In this document: piece after piece, positions 52,103 through 64,000 of the stretch
Numbering within the stretch: the first letter of the stretch is position 1
How the letters are laid out: every line of letters starts with the position of its first letter
Assembly (NCBI RefSeq): GCF_036321535.1
Contig: NC_087447.1
Span: 39,806,001-39,870,000, forward strand
Source: Camelus dromedarius
Taxonomy: Eukaryota
Direction of reading: 5' to 3'
Length of the DNA: 64,000 nt
Translations under genes and position numbers: made by a program
The notes under the pieces: generated by a model
Database searches by the model: none
The model's input: only the letters and a program-made list of their open reading frames with translations
Told to the model about the DNA's origin: nothing

Positions 52103-52538
52103 GTAGACCCAGGGTTTGAGCCCAGGGCACCAGGATGTGAGAGGGCTGATTTTAATTGGATCTATCTGTTCTTTGCATTAAACTATGCTGCCTCCCTTAG
52201 GTGTGTAGAACACACTGGATTCTTGTGAGAAAGGATGAGGGTAAGATTATGACAGTCCCTTTGGATAAAATTCTTGTTCCTGATCTTACTGTTATTTTGT
52301 AGTGAGTGTACATATATTTATGCTACCATGCATATATACACACACACAATACATATATGTACACACATAATATACATATGCACATATACACTTACTGTAT
52401 ATGATAGTAATGATGATTTCACCTGTATCTATCCCTCCAAAGCAGGACTTTTGTGGTGACTCAGGCTACATGTGCTATCACGTCTGTCTGATTTTGTCAG
52501 TGGGAATCCGCTGGATGCCAGGCCTAGATACTCTTACA

Positions 52539-52762
52539 CAGGGTTCGGTGAAATTTTTCTATAAAGGGCGAGGTAGTAAATATTTTTGGCTTGAGGGCTG
52601 TATGTTCTCTTGCTGCAGTTCCTCAGCTCTGCTGTCATATCATGAAATCAGCTATAAGTGATATGTAAATGCATGGGTGTAGCCATGTTCCAATTAAATT
52701 TTATTTATCAAAACAGGCAGGGGGCCAGATCTGGTCCATGGGCTGTAGTTTGCTGACCCCTG
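52539..52762 (+). mobile_element. MER58A-like hAT-Charlie MITE
   Basis: CAGGGTTCGG...ttctataaagggc...gtaaatatttt...gggctgtagtttgctgacccCTG. Confidence 0.88.
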
Positions 52763-53020
52763 CTCAGGAGTCTATTCCGTGATGAAATGCCATGATCACA
52801 TATATATATCCATCAACCAAGGCTTCCACTGTACTGTGGACCCCTCAGGGCTGTCTGAGTCAGGTGGACAGATTTCAGGGAGAGTTGAGAGAAAATGAAA
52901 TGGAACTCTCTGGCACACAGCTCTTCTTATCTCAGCCTGACTGCGAAGAGCAGCTAAACAATGATGGTGATGGCCAGGGAGTTCTTTCAAAGAGAGTTAT
53001 ATTATTCCATTGACTTTTTG

Positions 53021-53059
53021 TTTTTTTATTGGCGTATAGTTGGTTTACAACATTGTGTT
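53021..53059 (-). mobile_element. 39-bp LINE-1 3' tip
   Basis: AACACAATGTTGTAAACCAACTATACGCCAATAAAAAAA on the minus strand; TSD actttttg at 53013-53020 and 53060-53067. Confidence 0.8.
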
Positions 53060-53639
53060 ACTTTTTGAATCATCCTTGCTTCCCAGAGCCTGCTGGGGCT
53101 GGTAGAATGACCAAAGTGAGGTTTTTAGATTATTACATGTTAGATACAGAAGTGTGTAGTTTTAAGGAAGGTTGTTTTTTTTTTTTTAAGTTAGATTTAG
53201 TGTTAATTTTAATTGTTAGTTTAGTAATTTTATAAAAAGACAAGATGCCAGGGACAAATAGTGACTTTCCAGTCATGATAACTTCCCTTCTGAAAGTCAT
53301 GATCTAAATTTCAACAAGGGTGTAACAGGAGGGCTGAATTTAAATTGGTACCCACTGACCTGATTTGACTGCCCCAAATCTGAGTCTTGGGGAACAGACA
53401 GGTCCTGAATGGCATTGTCTGAAGCATCGAGGTTAGATGGATTCACTTTGCAGTAGCGTATCATTTATGGCAATCATAGTGAATTTTCCTTTGCTTTCAG
53501 TTTGGATCAGGACTTTCTTGTATAGCTTTTTTGTTTGTTTTCTTCCTAGGGTTTCTAACTGTGCTTCTGTTTTTGTGGTGATAAAAGGATAATGTGCCTT
53601 CATCTGATAATCCTATCTATCCAGCTTCCATTTTTAAAT

Positions 53640-55890
53640 AAAAATTTGTATGTAATTTTTTAAATATGGCATATATTTCTAAGGGTTGAATATCAATAAT
53701 TCTAAAATGATTTCCTTCCCACTTTATTCCTTTATTTGCTTAGTTGCCGCAGTAGGTAATTACTGTTACGAATTTCTTAATCATTCTTTCATTGAATTTT
53801 TTATGCATATGCAAGCCAGTGCACATAATTTTGTTTCTTCTCCCCTTTTTACACAAGGGATAACATAAATATTTTTCTGCATCTTGCTCTTCACTTAATA
53901 ATATATCTCTGTGATCTTTTAGTGTTAATCCATAAAGAGCTTTTCCATGTGTTTTTACAGCTGTAGTCTTCCATTGTTTAAATAACCATAGTGTATTTAA
54001 TCCTTGTTTTATTGACATTCTAATCTTTGGCTAATGCCAACAACATCATAATGAATAACTCTGTCCATTGGTCATTTTGCATGTGCCTAAGGATGGGATA
54101 AATTCCTAAGAGTCAATTTCTGGGTCAAAGGTTGTATCCATTTGAATTCTGATAATTGTTGGCAATTTGTCCTCAGTATAGGCTGTACCATTAAAACCCC
54201 TAAAAGAAATGTGTGAAAATACATGTTTCTTCAAAGCAGTGTCATGACACCATTCCAGTGTCTTGGATTTTGGATTTAGTCTGATTGATGAGAAATAATA
54301 TCTAAGCATAGTTTTAATTTAGATTCCTTTTATTATGAGTGAAGTTGAGCATCTCATATGCTTTATGAGCAGTTTTGTATTTTTTCTTTGAATTTTCGTA
54401 TCCCTTTTCAGTTTTTTTTTTGGTTTTGTTTTTTTAAATTAGAGTTTACTTTTTTCCTTGTTTATGTCTAGGACATTTTATATTCTAGGAAGATTAGCCT
54501 TCTACTCTTACAAGGATTACAAGTGTTTTCCCAGTTTGTCATTTATTGTTCCCTATTCTGATTGTTTAATAAGTTGTTTGACTTCTGTTGTAGTAGTTCT
54601 TTTTTGTCTCAAAGTCATTTGTTTTTTGTTTTTCCACTGCAGTCAAATTGAACAATTGTCATTTGTGGCTTTTTGATTTTGTGTTTTGATTAGCAAAGTC
54701 TTCCCCATTCCAAGGTCATGAAGAAAATTGTCCACTATTTTATCTAATACTTTATGACTATTTTATTTTACAGTTCAAGATCTGATACTTTGGAATTCAT
54801 CCTAGGGTGCAATGTGAGATACGGTTCTAAGTACATCTATCCTTTTTATTCACAGATTCTGCATTTACAGATGCACCTACTTGCCGGAATTTATTTGTAA
54901 TTCCAAAATCAGTACAGTGCTTTTGGTGTCATTTGTGGACATACAAGGAGTGGTGAAAATCTGAGTTGCTGGACATGTGCATGTTCCCAGCTGAGGCCAA
55001 CCAATGTGATGCTCTGCCTTCTAGTTTCAGCTCTAGTGCTGGAAAGGAGTGTTCTTTTTGTGGCCTATTTAGCACCACGTTTCACATTTCCGTGCTGTTT
55101 GTTGGGTATTTTGCTGTTTGAAATGGCCCCCAAGGGTAGCGCTGAAGTGCTGTCGAGTGTTCTCAAGCACAAGAAGGTTATAATTACAGTGCCTCACAGA
55201 GAAAATATGGGTGTAGGTAAGATTTGCGCAGGTGATGAGTTATAGGGCTGCTGGCCATCAGCTCAATGTTAACGAGTCAACAATGTATATTAACAAGGTG
55301 TTTTTAAACAGAAAGACACATAAATCAAGGTATATATTTATCAGTTGATGAAAATGTTGTGACCAGAGGCTTGCAGAACCCTAACCCTGTATTTCTCCTA
55401 GTAAGAATGGTTCACTATTCACTAATTCAGTGTTTTCAGCATTGAAGAGTATATCTGTTGCTGGTGAGAATTAGCTGTCTTTGGTTTTTCAGGATGGCTC
55501 CTAACTGTCCCAACACCAGCACTGAATAGTTCTACTTTCCCCACAGAGTGGAGATGTCTCCTTTATTGTACGCTAAAGGCTCCTTTCTTATTCTGTTTTT
55601 TGGTCAGTCTGTGAATTCATGTACCAAGAGTACACGAGGCTTTATAAAAAAGTTTTTAAATCTGCTAAGCATAGTTCCCTTCTCATTTCTCTTCTATTTT
55701 ACAGTTTCCCAGGCTATGTTTGTTTGCATCTTTCATGTAATCTTTAGAGTCACTTTATCTAGTTCTGAAAAACACATTGGTATTTAATTGACATTTTTAT
55801 GATACGGAGTCTTCCTACCCACTTGGGCAAATCTTCTGTTTCATTCAGGAGAGTTTAAAAGTTTTCTTCGTACAGGCCTTGCAGACTTCT
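53640..55890 (-). mobile_element. Ancient LINE-1 (L1ME-like), interrupted by MER82
   Basis: Degenerate antisense 3'UTR/ORF2 motifs on both sides of the insertion. Confidence 0.65.
54834..55477 (-). mobile_element. MER82-like Tigger element
   Basis: ccagaggcttgcagaaccctaaccctgtatttctcctag...tattcactaattcagtgt...gagaattagctg; about 645 bp, TA on the left. Confidence 0.82.
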
Positions 55891-56169
55891 TTATCATCAT
55901 CATCATCATCATCACTATTATTGCTTGTGCTACTGTTATTTCTGTGAGATCATCAATCTCAGAAATCTGCAGGGCATCTTTGGTGGATGGGAAAAAGCAG
56001 ACATGTTCTAAGCCTAGCTGACATATCTAAAGAACATTTTCGCAAGAGTATTTAAGGAGAGAGAAATGTAAATAAACCAATTTTATGTGAAGTAGAGGGA
56101 GTGACATGGGGAGAGTAATGAAAATGGAGGGAAGTCTTTATGGCTCATTTAACTTATTTTGGCAAATAT

Positions 56170-56405
56170 TCCCAGGGCTTTATTACATGTCAGGTCCTGT
56201 TCTAAGTACTTTATAATTGCCAATTCATTTAGTCTCACAACAGCTCTGCAAGATGGGCATATTATCATCATCATCACCCCCATTTCACAAATGAGGAGAC
56301 TGAGGGAGACAGAGGCTTGAGGTTGCACAGCTGGTTGAGGGGGCAGCTGGGTTCCGACAGAGCTGACTGGCCTCCAGGACTGTGCTCTCGGCCGAATGCT
56401 GCACT
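56170..56405 (-). mobile_element. MIR
   Basis: catttagtctcacaacagc...ccccatttcacaaatgaggagactgagg...aggttgcacagct. Confidence 0.8.
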
Positions 56406-57229
56406 GCATTGCACGGAGACACAGCTGGAATAGGGACTAGATTGTCACAGCCCCAAATATTAAAATACCCATGTGTAGAAAATAGGTAACTTGCAGAACA
56501 CATTTGAGATTTTTATTCATTGCTTGAGAAGAATCTCATAGTGTCACTGACACTGGAAACTGGAGCTGGACTGGAATATGGTGACAGAGGAGTCACCTTT
56601 ATTCCCAGAGACCCTATGAAAAGGAATGGGAGTGAAATGTGGGTCACTTGAGTGAGAACCAATGAATGTAGGGGTTGCTGAGGACTTCTGTGGACTCTGT
56701 GGCAGGCCACATGACCATGGGGAGACATCCAGTGATGCCATCTGACCCCCCCACAGAAAGGGGACAAATGGCACATACAGGAGCGACGAGGAGTCATCTC
56801 TCTGAATCCTTTCCCAAAACCTCAGGTTCAACTAATAGCAGAATGACTGACAAGCAGATTGGTGAATGGTTTCAGCTCCAGAAACCCTAAGAAGTGACCT
56901 GAAAAAACTCAGTGGTTTTATATTCTGATCAATGAGGAGAGATTGGCTGGCTTAATAGTGCTGGGAGAAGGCTGTGTTATTTACAGCTAAAGAGCTATAA
57001 TAGTGATATGATTAAGTGACTACATTATGTCATTTCATTAAAGAGGAAGGTAGTCAGATGTGTACCCTAAAATTCAGGGTGAAGGATTCTAAATAGATAA
57101 AAAGTAACAGAAGCATGGATTTGTAGATTGAACTGTGGAGAGGAAAAGAATATAGGAAGGGTAACAAGAGATGAAGGAGATAATTGATATTAATTTTGTG
57201 CCTCTCTGCTTCACATACATGTGCTCAGG

Positions 57230-57950
57230 AATAGTCCATTAAAACAATGAAACAAAGTCTAGAAACAGACCCTTGTATTTATGGAAATTTAATGTACGAT
57301 AAGCATAGCACATCAAAGAATGGTGATAGGAGCACTGGGTCTCCACTTAAGTTAGAGCCCAAGTCACATCCCCACATAGGTTCCAGATGGCATATAGAGT
57401 TAAACCTAAAAATAAAATGTTAGAAGAAAACAGAATACTTTATCATTGTGAGTGGGAAAGGACACGCAACTCAGAAGCCATATGTAGAAAGAAATGCATG
57501 TGTTTGATTACATCAGACTTTAAAAACTTTTGCATGACAAACCATATCATGTTGAAGAAACAGCCTAGACAATACTTTTTGCCACACTTATAATAATATT
57601 CAGTGTCCCTAAAAATCAATAACTGAAAGGCAAAAAACCCAGTGGAAAAAATGGACAAAGAAAACGAGCAGGCAGTTCATTGGAAAAATACAGATGGCCA
57701 ATAATCAGTGGAAAGAAGCTCAACGTTGCAATAAACCTAGACGTACAAATTAAATGAACAATGAAATATTTTTTACCTATATTTTTAAATGACTTAAAAA
57801 CTGATAACATCCATTATTGGCAAGGGTGATGGGAAGCAGATATTCTCAAACAAGGATGAAGAGAATTAAACTGATGCAGCATTTTTGGAGTGAAATGTTC
57901 TTTCCCTTAGACATAACAATTCAGTTTCAAGATATCCATTCAAACAAAGG
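57230..57950 (+). mobile_element. Ancient LINE-1 ORF2 3' remnant
   Basis: ctagaaacagaccc, aaaatggacaaag...ggcagttca, cagatggccaataa motifs. Confidence 0.65.
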
Positions 57951-58195
57951 AGCAGAGTGATATGAGCCTGGACTTTGGAGCAAAGTTGCTTGGTATCTAA
58001 ATCATTGCCTGTTAACTTGTTCCCTACTGACTTTTGGGACAAGTCATTTAACCTCTTAGTTTCTCAGTTTTGTCATCTGAAAAATGGGAATGATGATAAC
58101 ACCAACCTCAAATAGTTGATATGAATGTTAAATAAATTAATGCATGTGAAGTACTTACAACAGCATCTGTAGCATAGTGAACATTCAGTGATGAT
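57950..58195 (+). mobile_element. MIR
   Basis: ggactttggagc...caagtcatttaacctc...ctcagttttgtcatctgaaaaatggga. Confidence 0.82.
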
Positions 58196-59004
58196 CACTC
58201 CTGTTGTATAAACACAGTCAAGCCAGGCTCTTCAGTATTATTTGTAAGCAGAAAGGTGAAAAAATGGGAAGGAACCATCCCTTTGAGTAAAGTGACCATT
58301 CTGGTTACTTTAATGGGGAAAAGTTGAATAAGTAACTACTGAAGATCTTGTAGACGTTAGAAGAACAAAGGACACTGGTCATTCATTAGTTGAAGCTTTC
58401 TTTCTTGAGTTCGCACCGTGTTCCAGGGACTGTTCTAGCACCGGAGATACAGTCATGGAGGGAACAAAGTCTTTTACTGAAAAGGAAAATGCTCCAAGAA
58501 ATGTTCAGAAGGCAGTTGCAGAACAGTGTGCTTGGAATGAATCTATCAAGGATAAAAAACTAATAACTACACAAACATCTATAGATGCTGAGAAAAATAT
58601 TTGGAAAACTATCCAACATGCTACTGTATCTCCTTTCATCTCTGAGCATTTCTGAAAGGGGCAGGTGTCTGACAGTTGATGGCATTTCAGACTGTACAAA
58701 ATATGGAATGAGCAAAGATAATCTTGGAGGTAGGACCTATGATTGAGTGAGTGATGACAAACTTCTGTGTTTATTATACATACTTTGATATTGTTTGAAA
58801 CTTTATGAGAATATACATGTGTCTTACTTGTATAAGAAAGTGACAACAAGCCCTGCAGAGTCTGGGGGAGGAGGGAGTCCAGACCAGGTGAGGACAGGCG
58901 CAGTCCCATCCCAATGCCCAGGTCGACCTCTTCACCTCGCAAATGCTGCCCCAGCCCCCTCTGCTCCTACCTTGGCCTGTGGACCTTCCTGAGCTTCTGC
59001 CCTA

Positions 59005-59500
59005 GCCAGTGTTCTTGGGTTATAAGTAACAGAAACCCACTCATATAGGCTTAATCAAAGAAAACCAGCAGGGAGGGATTATTATAAGAAGAGATGGGTT
59101 TTGTAGAATCCAAGGTTGTGACCAGGCCTGAGCAAAGATGCCCTCAGGAGCCAAGGTCAGGGTCTTTCAGGGGCCATCTGGCCCCCTACACTCTCTCTCT
59201 CCGTTTCTGCTCACCTGGTCAGTTCATTCCCCTCCTGTCTCTACAGGGGGGTAGGTTTTCCAGCCTCTCTACCTACAGGACAAACAGTGGCCACCCTACT
59301 GCTGCCAGATTGCACCTCTTCAATTCAAGTGACTAACTGGGACATCTAGCACCTTTGGACCCCAAATCTAAACTCTTGGAGAGAGAACTGATTTGTTCAG
59401 TTTGGGTCAGGTGTCCATCTATGATCAATGAGCCAGGAAGTAGGGGGCAGGCACATGTCCTGATAATGCTGTAGCCAAGGGCTACTTTTAGGGCCAAAGG
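59005..59500 (-). mobile_element. Old MaLR LTR (MLT1-type)
   Basis: gttataagtaacagaaacccactc...ggcttaa...; gagagagaactgatt...gggtcaggtgtcca. Confidence 0.6.
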
Positions 59501-60022
59501 AATGCAGCTTCTCTGGAAGGTGGATTATGGGCTGAGCAGATGAGCACATTACATTGATGTTATATTACATTAATGTAATTTCCATGCCATTTTATTCCCT
59601 TTATTCTTTTTGTTCTGGTCCTGTAGGCTTCTAAGGTTTTGGTGCCCAATGGTATCAACAAAGTCAGGATTTCATTTCCCTCCCTAGAAACTACTGTTTC
59701 TCCCCTAAATAGTCCCTTCCTTATAATCTTAACCTAGCTTGCTGGCCTTGGGAGAGACGGATAGTCTTGCCTTCAGGGACATTAATTAGGTCAGGCCTCG
59801 CCAGCAAAGCCGGTGACCTACTGGTTTATCTCTTAGCCTTTGGAGATGAAATGGAAAGGTGTCTTTTGCAAACACTGGAGATAAGATGAAACAGAGAGAA
59901 AAAATAAGCTCCGTAGCTCCCAATGTCTCCATTCTCTCCCTACCCTAGCCTGTTGGCGCTTGGATAAAAACATTTTATCCTACAGCCCAGGTTACTACAG
60001 AGAACCCTTCTCAGGTGCTTAC

Positions 60023-60081
60023 CAACGCCACCGAGTGCGAAGGGGGATCAGGGCACAGGGCTCCCTCCTCGGAGCAGGCAT
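60023..60081 (-). CDS. Candidate coding part of a first exon (MPAPRREPCALIPLRTRWR, phase 2) of an unidentified gene
   Basis: ATG with purine at -3, ending at donor TTG|GTAAGC (60023|60022), within non-repetitive CpG-retaining DNA at the 3' end of the 244-codon ORF; no homology recognised. Confidence 0.35.
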
Positions 60082-61454
60082 TTCTCCACGCAGCCAAGTG
60101 CAGCCGGCACAGGAGGTGTTTGGGGTACACACAGAGGTCTCTGGATACACAGTTCTAGGTTCAAACTTCCTTTTTCTGATGAGCCGCTCTTTGGGGGAAA
60201 ACGTGAATTTCACAATTTCTAATTTTAAATGGAAAACCCCACTTCGCCCACCACCCTCCCTCAGATGTAGCCTTTTTGAAAAGCTGGAGGGGGTTGTCGT
60301 GCTGAATTCCGATGAGCTCACCTGGTCTCCGGAGTACATTTTAAATACAAAGAAGCACTGGAGGAAAATGAAAATGCCCTGGGTTTGAGTCCTTTTCATG
60401 GGGAAGGACAGAGAGCGCTGAGGGGGTGGGGAAGTGGGGTGTGGGCTCCTTCCCCTAAAGCCATTCTCCTGAGGGTGAGAGAAAGAGGACTGAGGATAAA
60501 GATCAGCTGAAGAAGTGAGACTCCTTGATGAGATTCTTTCAATGAGCTCCCATCCACAGCGGTGCGGGAAGTGGCCGGTACCGTTCGAGGCCTGGACAGG
60601 AAGGACCTGGATGGTGCGATTCCTGTCTCTGTCATGGATTTGAGTGAGGTGGAGACTTAGCTGGTCCTCTGCACAGCATCCTTTGGTCAATGGAGCTCCA
60701 CGCATTTTTCTGAGACTTTGGATCATTCGCAGCTTGCCCTGTAACTCCCACACATTTGCCTCTTACTGTCCCAAGGCTCTCCCTGCTGCAGCGTTCCCAT
60801 AGGAATGTGGATGTCTGCCAAGCGACCTCATGAACATTCCATTCATCTCCTTGGCTGGGAGGCAGCAAGGAAGCCAAATTGGCTGATATTTAACTGTTTG
60901 GGTCCCAAATTCACCCTGAAATGAATGGCCAAGCTTGTTGGAATTTTCCAACAATCATGAAGAAAAACAGAAGATAAAAACAAAAGAGAAATACTTATTT
61001 ATTCATGTGATACCCATCTGAAAGACAGTTATTTTTCAAGGTAGCCTAATGAAAACCACATTCTCTGGTTCTTCTTGTTGTGAAATCATCTTCCACCAGA
61101 AAGGCATTTTGAAGTAATGAGGCTTTGTGAGGTGTGACTAAAAACAATGTGACTTTTTTTTCCCCAGCAAACACAGAAGAATATAGCCATCCAAATGAAG
61201 ATGGTTGTCTTCCAAGTAGCCTCACAGGGATGTTATTCTGCCATTCTAAGATGCTCAAACATGTGTAAAATTCCTTTTAGGGAATTTCTGGCTGAGTCTT
61301 GCTCTCACTGTCTTGCTTTCTGTCTATTATTCATTAAGCATGTATTAGACACCTCCTGTGTGCCAAGGACTCTGCCAGGCCCGGGGGACAGAGTGAATAG
61401 GGAGATGCAGTCTCACTAAGTGATTGTAGGAGGTCCCCAGGGGACACTGGAAAA

Positions 61455-61690
61455 AGTTAGCCCTGCCTAGGTTTGAATCCCAGTTTTGCCTTGTGTGGGT
61501 TGAGTAACCTCAGGCAACTTTTTAAAAACTCTTTGAGTCACAGTGTCCTCATTTCTAAAATAAAGATGGTAAAATCTACTTCATAGGATTGCTTTGAGGA
61601 GAAAATCAGATAAAATGTGTAGTAAGTAGCCTTAATATAGAGGCTAATACAGGTTAAGTGCTCAGCAAATGAGAGTGCTGGTGATTATAA
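61455..61690 (+). mobile_element. MIR
   Basis: gcctaggtttgaatcccag...cctcatttctaaaataaag...ctacttcataggattg. Confidence 0.8.
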
Positions 61691-62107
61691 TTGTTTGAAT
61701 TACATGGCTAGTTCAACCATCAGACTAGACTCTGAATGTCCTTTGGGAAAATTCAATCGTTTTATTGTTGTGAGTATGGGTAATACAAGGCACAAAAGTC
61801 AAAGTGTATAAAAATTAGATGATGAAAACAAAACCTTCTTCCTTCCCTTGCCCCTCTGTCACTCGTTCTCCCCAGAGATGACCCGTGTGACCGGGATCTA
61901 TTTCTCGGTTATGGGTCTATAACAGCACTTGTTGTTCATTCTTGCCACATCATTCTGTTTTTAGTGATTACTTGGCATTCCGTTGACTGGATGTATCATA
62001 ACTGATTTAGCCAGTCCCCTATCGATGAGCATTTTTTCTGATCTTTGGCTATGACAACAATGCAGCAAAGACCATCCTTGTACTTGACTTTGACTAAGAA
62101 TGATGAA

Positions 62108-62948
62108 CTATCATTAAAACATCCACAAACGATAAATGCTAGAGAGAGTGTGGAGAAAGGGGGACCCTCCTACGCTGTTGATGGGTACGTAGTTTGGTGC
62201 AGCCACCATGGAAAACAGTATAGAGGTTCCTTAAAAAAACAAAAATAGATTGTAAACTGACTATAACTCTATAAAATTAAAAAAAAAAAACAAGAAAAAA
62301 AATAGAGTTATCAGATGATCCAGCAATCCCACTCCTGGGCATATATCTGGAAAAGACAAAAAATCTAATTTAAAAAGATACATGCACCCCAATGTTCATA
62401 GCAGCACTATTTATAATAGCCAAGACATGGAAACAATCTAGATGTCCATCAACAGATGAATGGGTAAAGAAGATGTGGTGTATATATATACAATGGAATG
62501 CTACTCAGCCATGAAAAAGAATGAAATAATACCATTTGTGGCAACATGGATGGCCCTAGAGATTATCATACTAAGTGAAGTAAGTCAGACAGACAAAGAC
62601 AAATGTCACATGATATCACTTATATGTGGAATCTAAAAAAATGACACAAATGAATTTATTTACAAAACAGAAACAGACTCACAGACATAGAAAACAAACT
62701 TTACCAAAGTGGAAAGGGTTGGGGGAAAGGAGTTTGTGATTAGCAGATACAAACTACTATATACAAAATAGATAAACAACAAGGTCCTGCTGTATAGCAC
62801 AAGGAACTATATTCAATAGTTTGTAATAACCTATAATAAAAATAATATGAGAGAGAAAAAATATATATTTATATGTAAAAATAAATAAAATGTGAGGCCT
62901 TCACATCAATGAGGATGTGACAGGCCATATCCTTGTCTTAAGAAAAAA
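62108..62948 (+). mobile_element. 5'-truncated cetartiodactyl-type LINE-1 3' end with probable 3' transduction
   Basis: [21 protein letters not shown]2 end, gatccagcaatcccactcctgggcatat, 3'UTR; TSD aagaa(t/c)gatgaa at 62096-62107 and 62949-62960. Confidence 0.9.
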
Positions 62949-64000
62949 AAGAACGATGAATCAAAGACATACAGTAGTCTCCTAAGGCGGTTCTGGGAAA
63001 TATCGCTGGAATAAGATGACTGGTTGGAAGCAGGTAATGATGCTCTGATTAGATTCATTCTGGATTTTTCTCTCAAAAAACACCTAACTATTCTATTCCT
63101 AGGCTATTCATGCCACCCGCAAATTCGTCCTATTTGAAAAGTGTAAAACCCACGTAATAATATCACAAGAATGATGTTATTTTCTTCCAGACATGACTGC
63201 CTTAAAACCCCTCCAAGATATATAGTAAATGGACTAGTCTTTCTGTGGTTGGCACCACAGGGTCGAGGATGCAGAGACTGCAGACTCTAGAAGCAGCTGT
63301 TAAGAAGATTCGCACTCTAATTTTCTGCCACACCTTGAAATGGCGAAATGTATTAAAATGTGCCACATCGCTTAACATGGGGCCAGGTTTGGAAGGTGGG
63401 CGAATGTTCCTCGGCGGCCATGTTTGCTGCTGCCCAGGCCTGCACCGGCTGTGTGTGGGACCGAATCAGAGAGAACCTATATGTGAGGTTCTGGCACAAT
63501 CCAAGCACAAGTAAGGCGTGGGGAGTAGCCTCCTGGATGAATCATTATTTCTGAATGAGGAGGAAGGCACACGTGGAAGGGAGGCAGGGGAATGGAAGTC
63601 CTTCTAAGAAGTCTCTGCTGTCAGAGGCGCGGATGCTCAAATGAGCTCCATGCAAATGAAAACTGGTCCCAACGGCATCCTGAGCCAAAGAAAATTCTTG
63701 GTTGGGGTTGAAAAAATGTCAGATAAATAGTTTCTCTTGCTTCTCAGCAGGCCCCCGCTATCACAGCAATCCAGATCTGGCCTCGGAGCCGTTCTGGCAG
63801 GTTTATCTTGGACCAGCCGCTGTGATGAAATCGCAGTAATTCCAGGTTTCCCTCAAATCTAGAGTGAGCCAGAGGCAGTCTGGGCTTCTAGCATCCGGCT
63901 TACTTCACTGCCCTCTCTCTAGTCCCTCCTCAGCTTTCAAGCTTCTGACTTTTTTTTTTTTTTTTTAAACTGAGATAGGGTTGGTAGAGGGAACCTTTCC

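Noticed and set aside
59590..59680. Plus-strand polypyrimidine tract with TAG acceptor at 59626
   Set aside because: Only weak donors follow; insufficient support
1..64000. CRISPR arrays, operons or other prokaryotic/viral systems
   Set aside because: Mammalian repeat-rich DNA; no regularly spaced repeats, no gene-dense ORFs, no gag/pol/env ORFs seen

Overview
This is AT-rich mammalian genomic DNA, very probably camelid (alpaca/llama/camel). The assignment rests on three tRNA-derived SINEs with the Vic-1-type layout and young cetartiodactyl-type LINE-1 3' ends. It looks like a large intron or intergenic region. Roughly two thirds or more is transposable-element debris: nested, mostly minus-strand LINE-1 fragments of several ages, L2, CR1/L3, MIR, MaLR/ERVL LTRs, Tigger/hAT/Tc2 DNA-transposon derivatives and microsatellites. 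I found no intact protein-coding gene that I can name, and nearly all track ORFs are LINE-1 relics or chance ORFs. A few unique, GC-richer islands (about 29.1, 39.2-39.5, 60.0-61.3 and 63.2-63.9 kb) carry splice-site or promoter-like motifs and may be alternative first exons of an unidentified gene. The best directly visible oddities are retrotransposition by-products: ultra-short LINE-1 3' ends with target-site duplications (TSDs), two probable 3' transductions, a polyadenylated LTR fragment and a LINE-1 5'-end-only copy that appear to have been mobilised in trans, and a perfect 31-bp repeat between two ancient MIR-like elements. I do not see support for a new multi-gene system. Repeat subfamily names are recognised from memory and need RepeatMasker/Dfam confirmation; boundaries of old elements are approximate.
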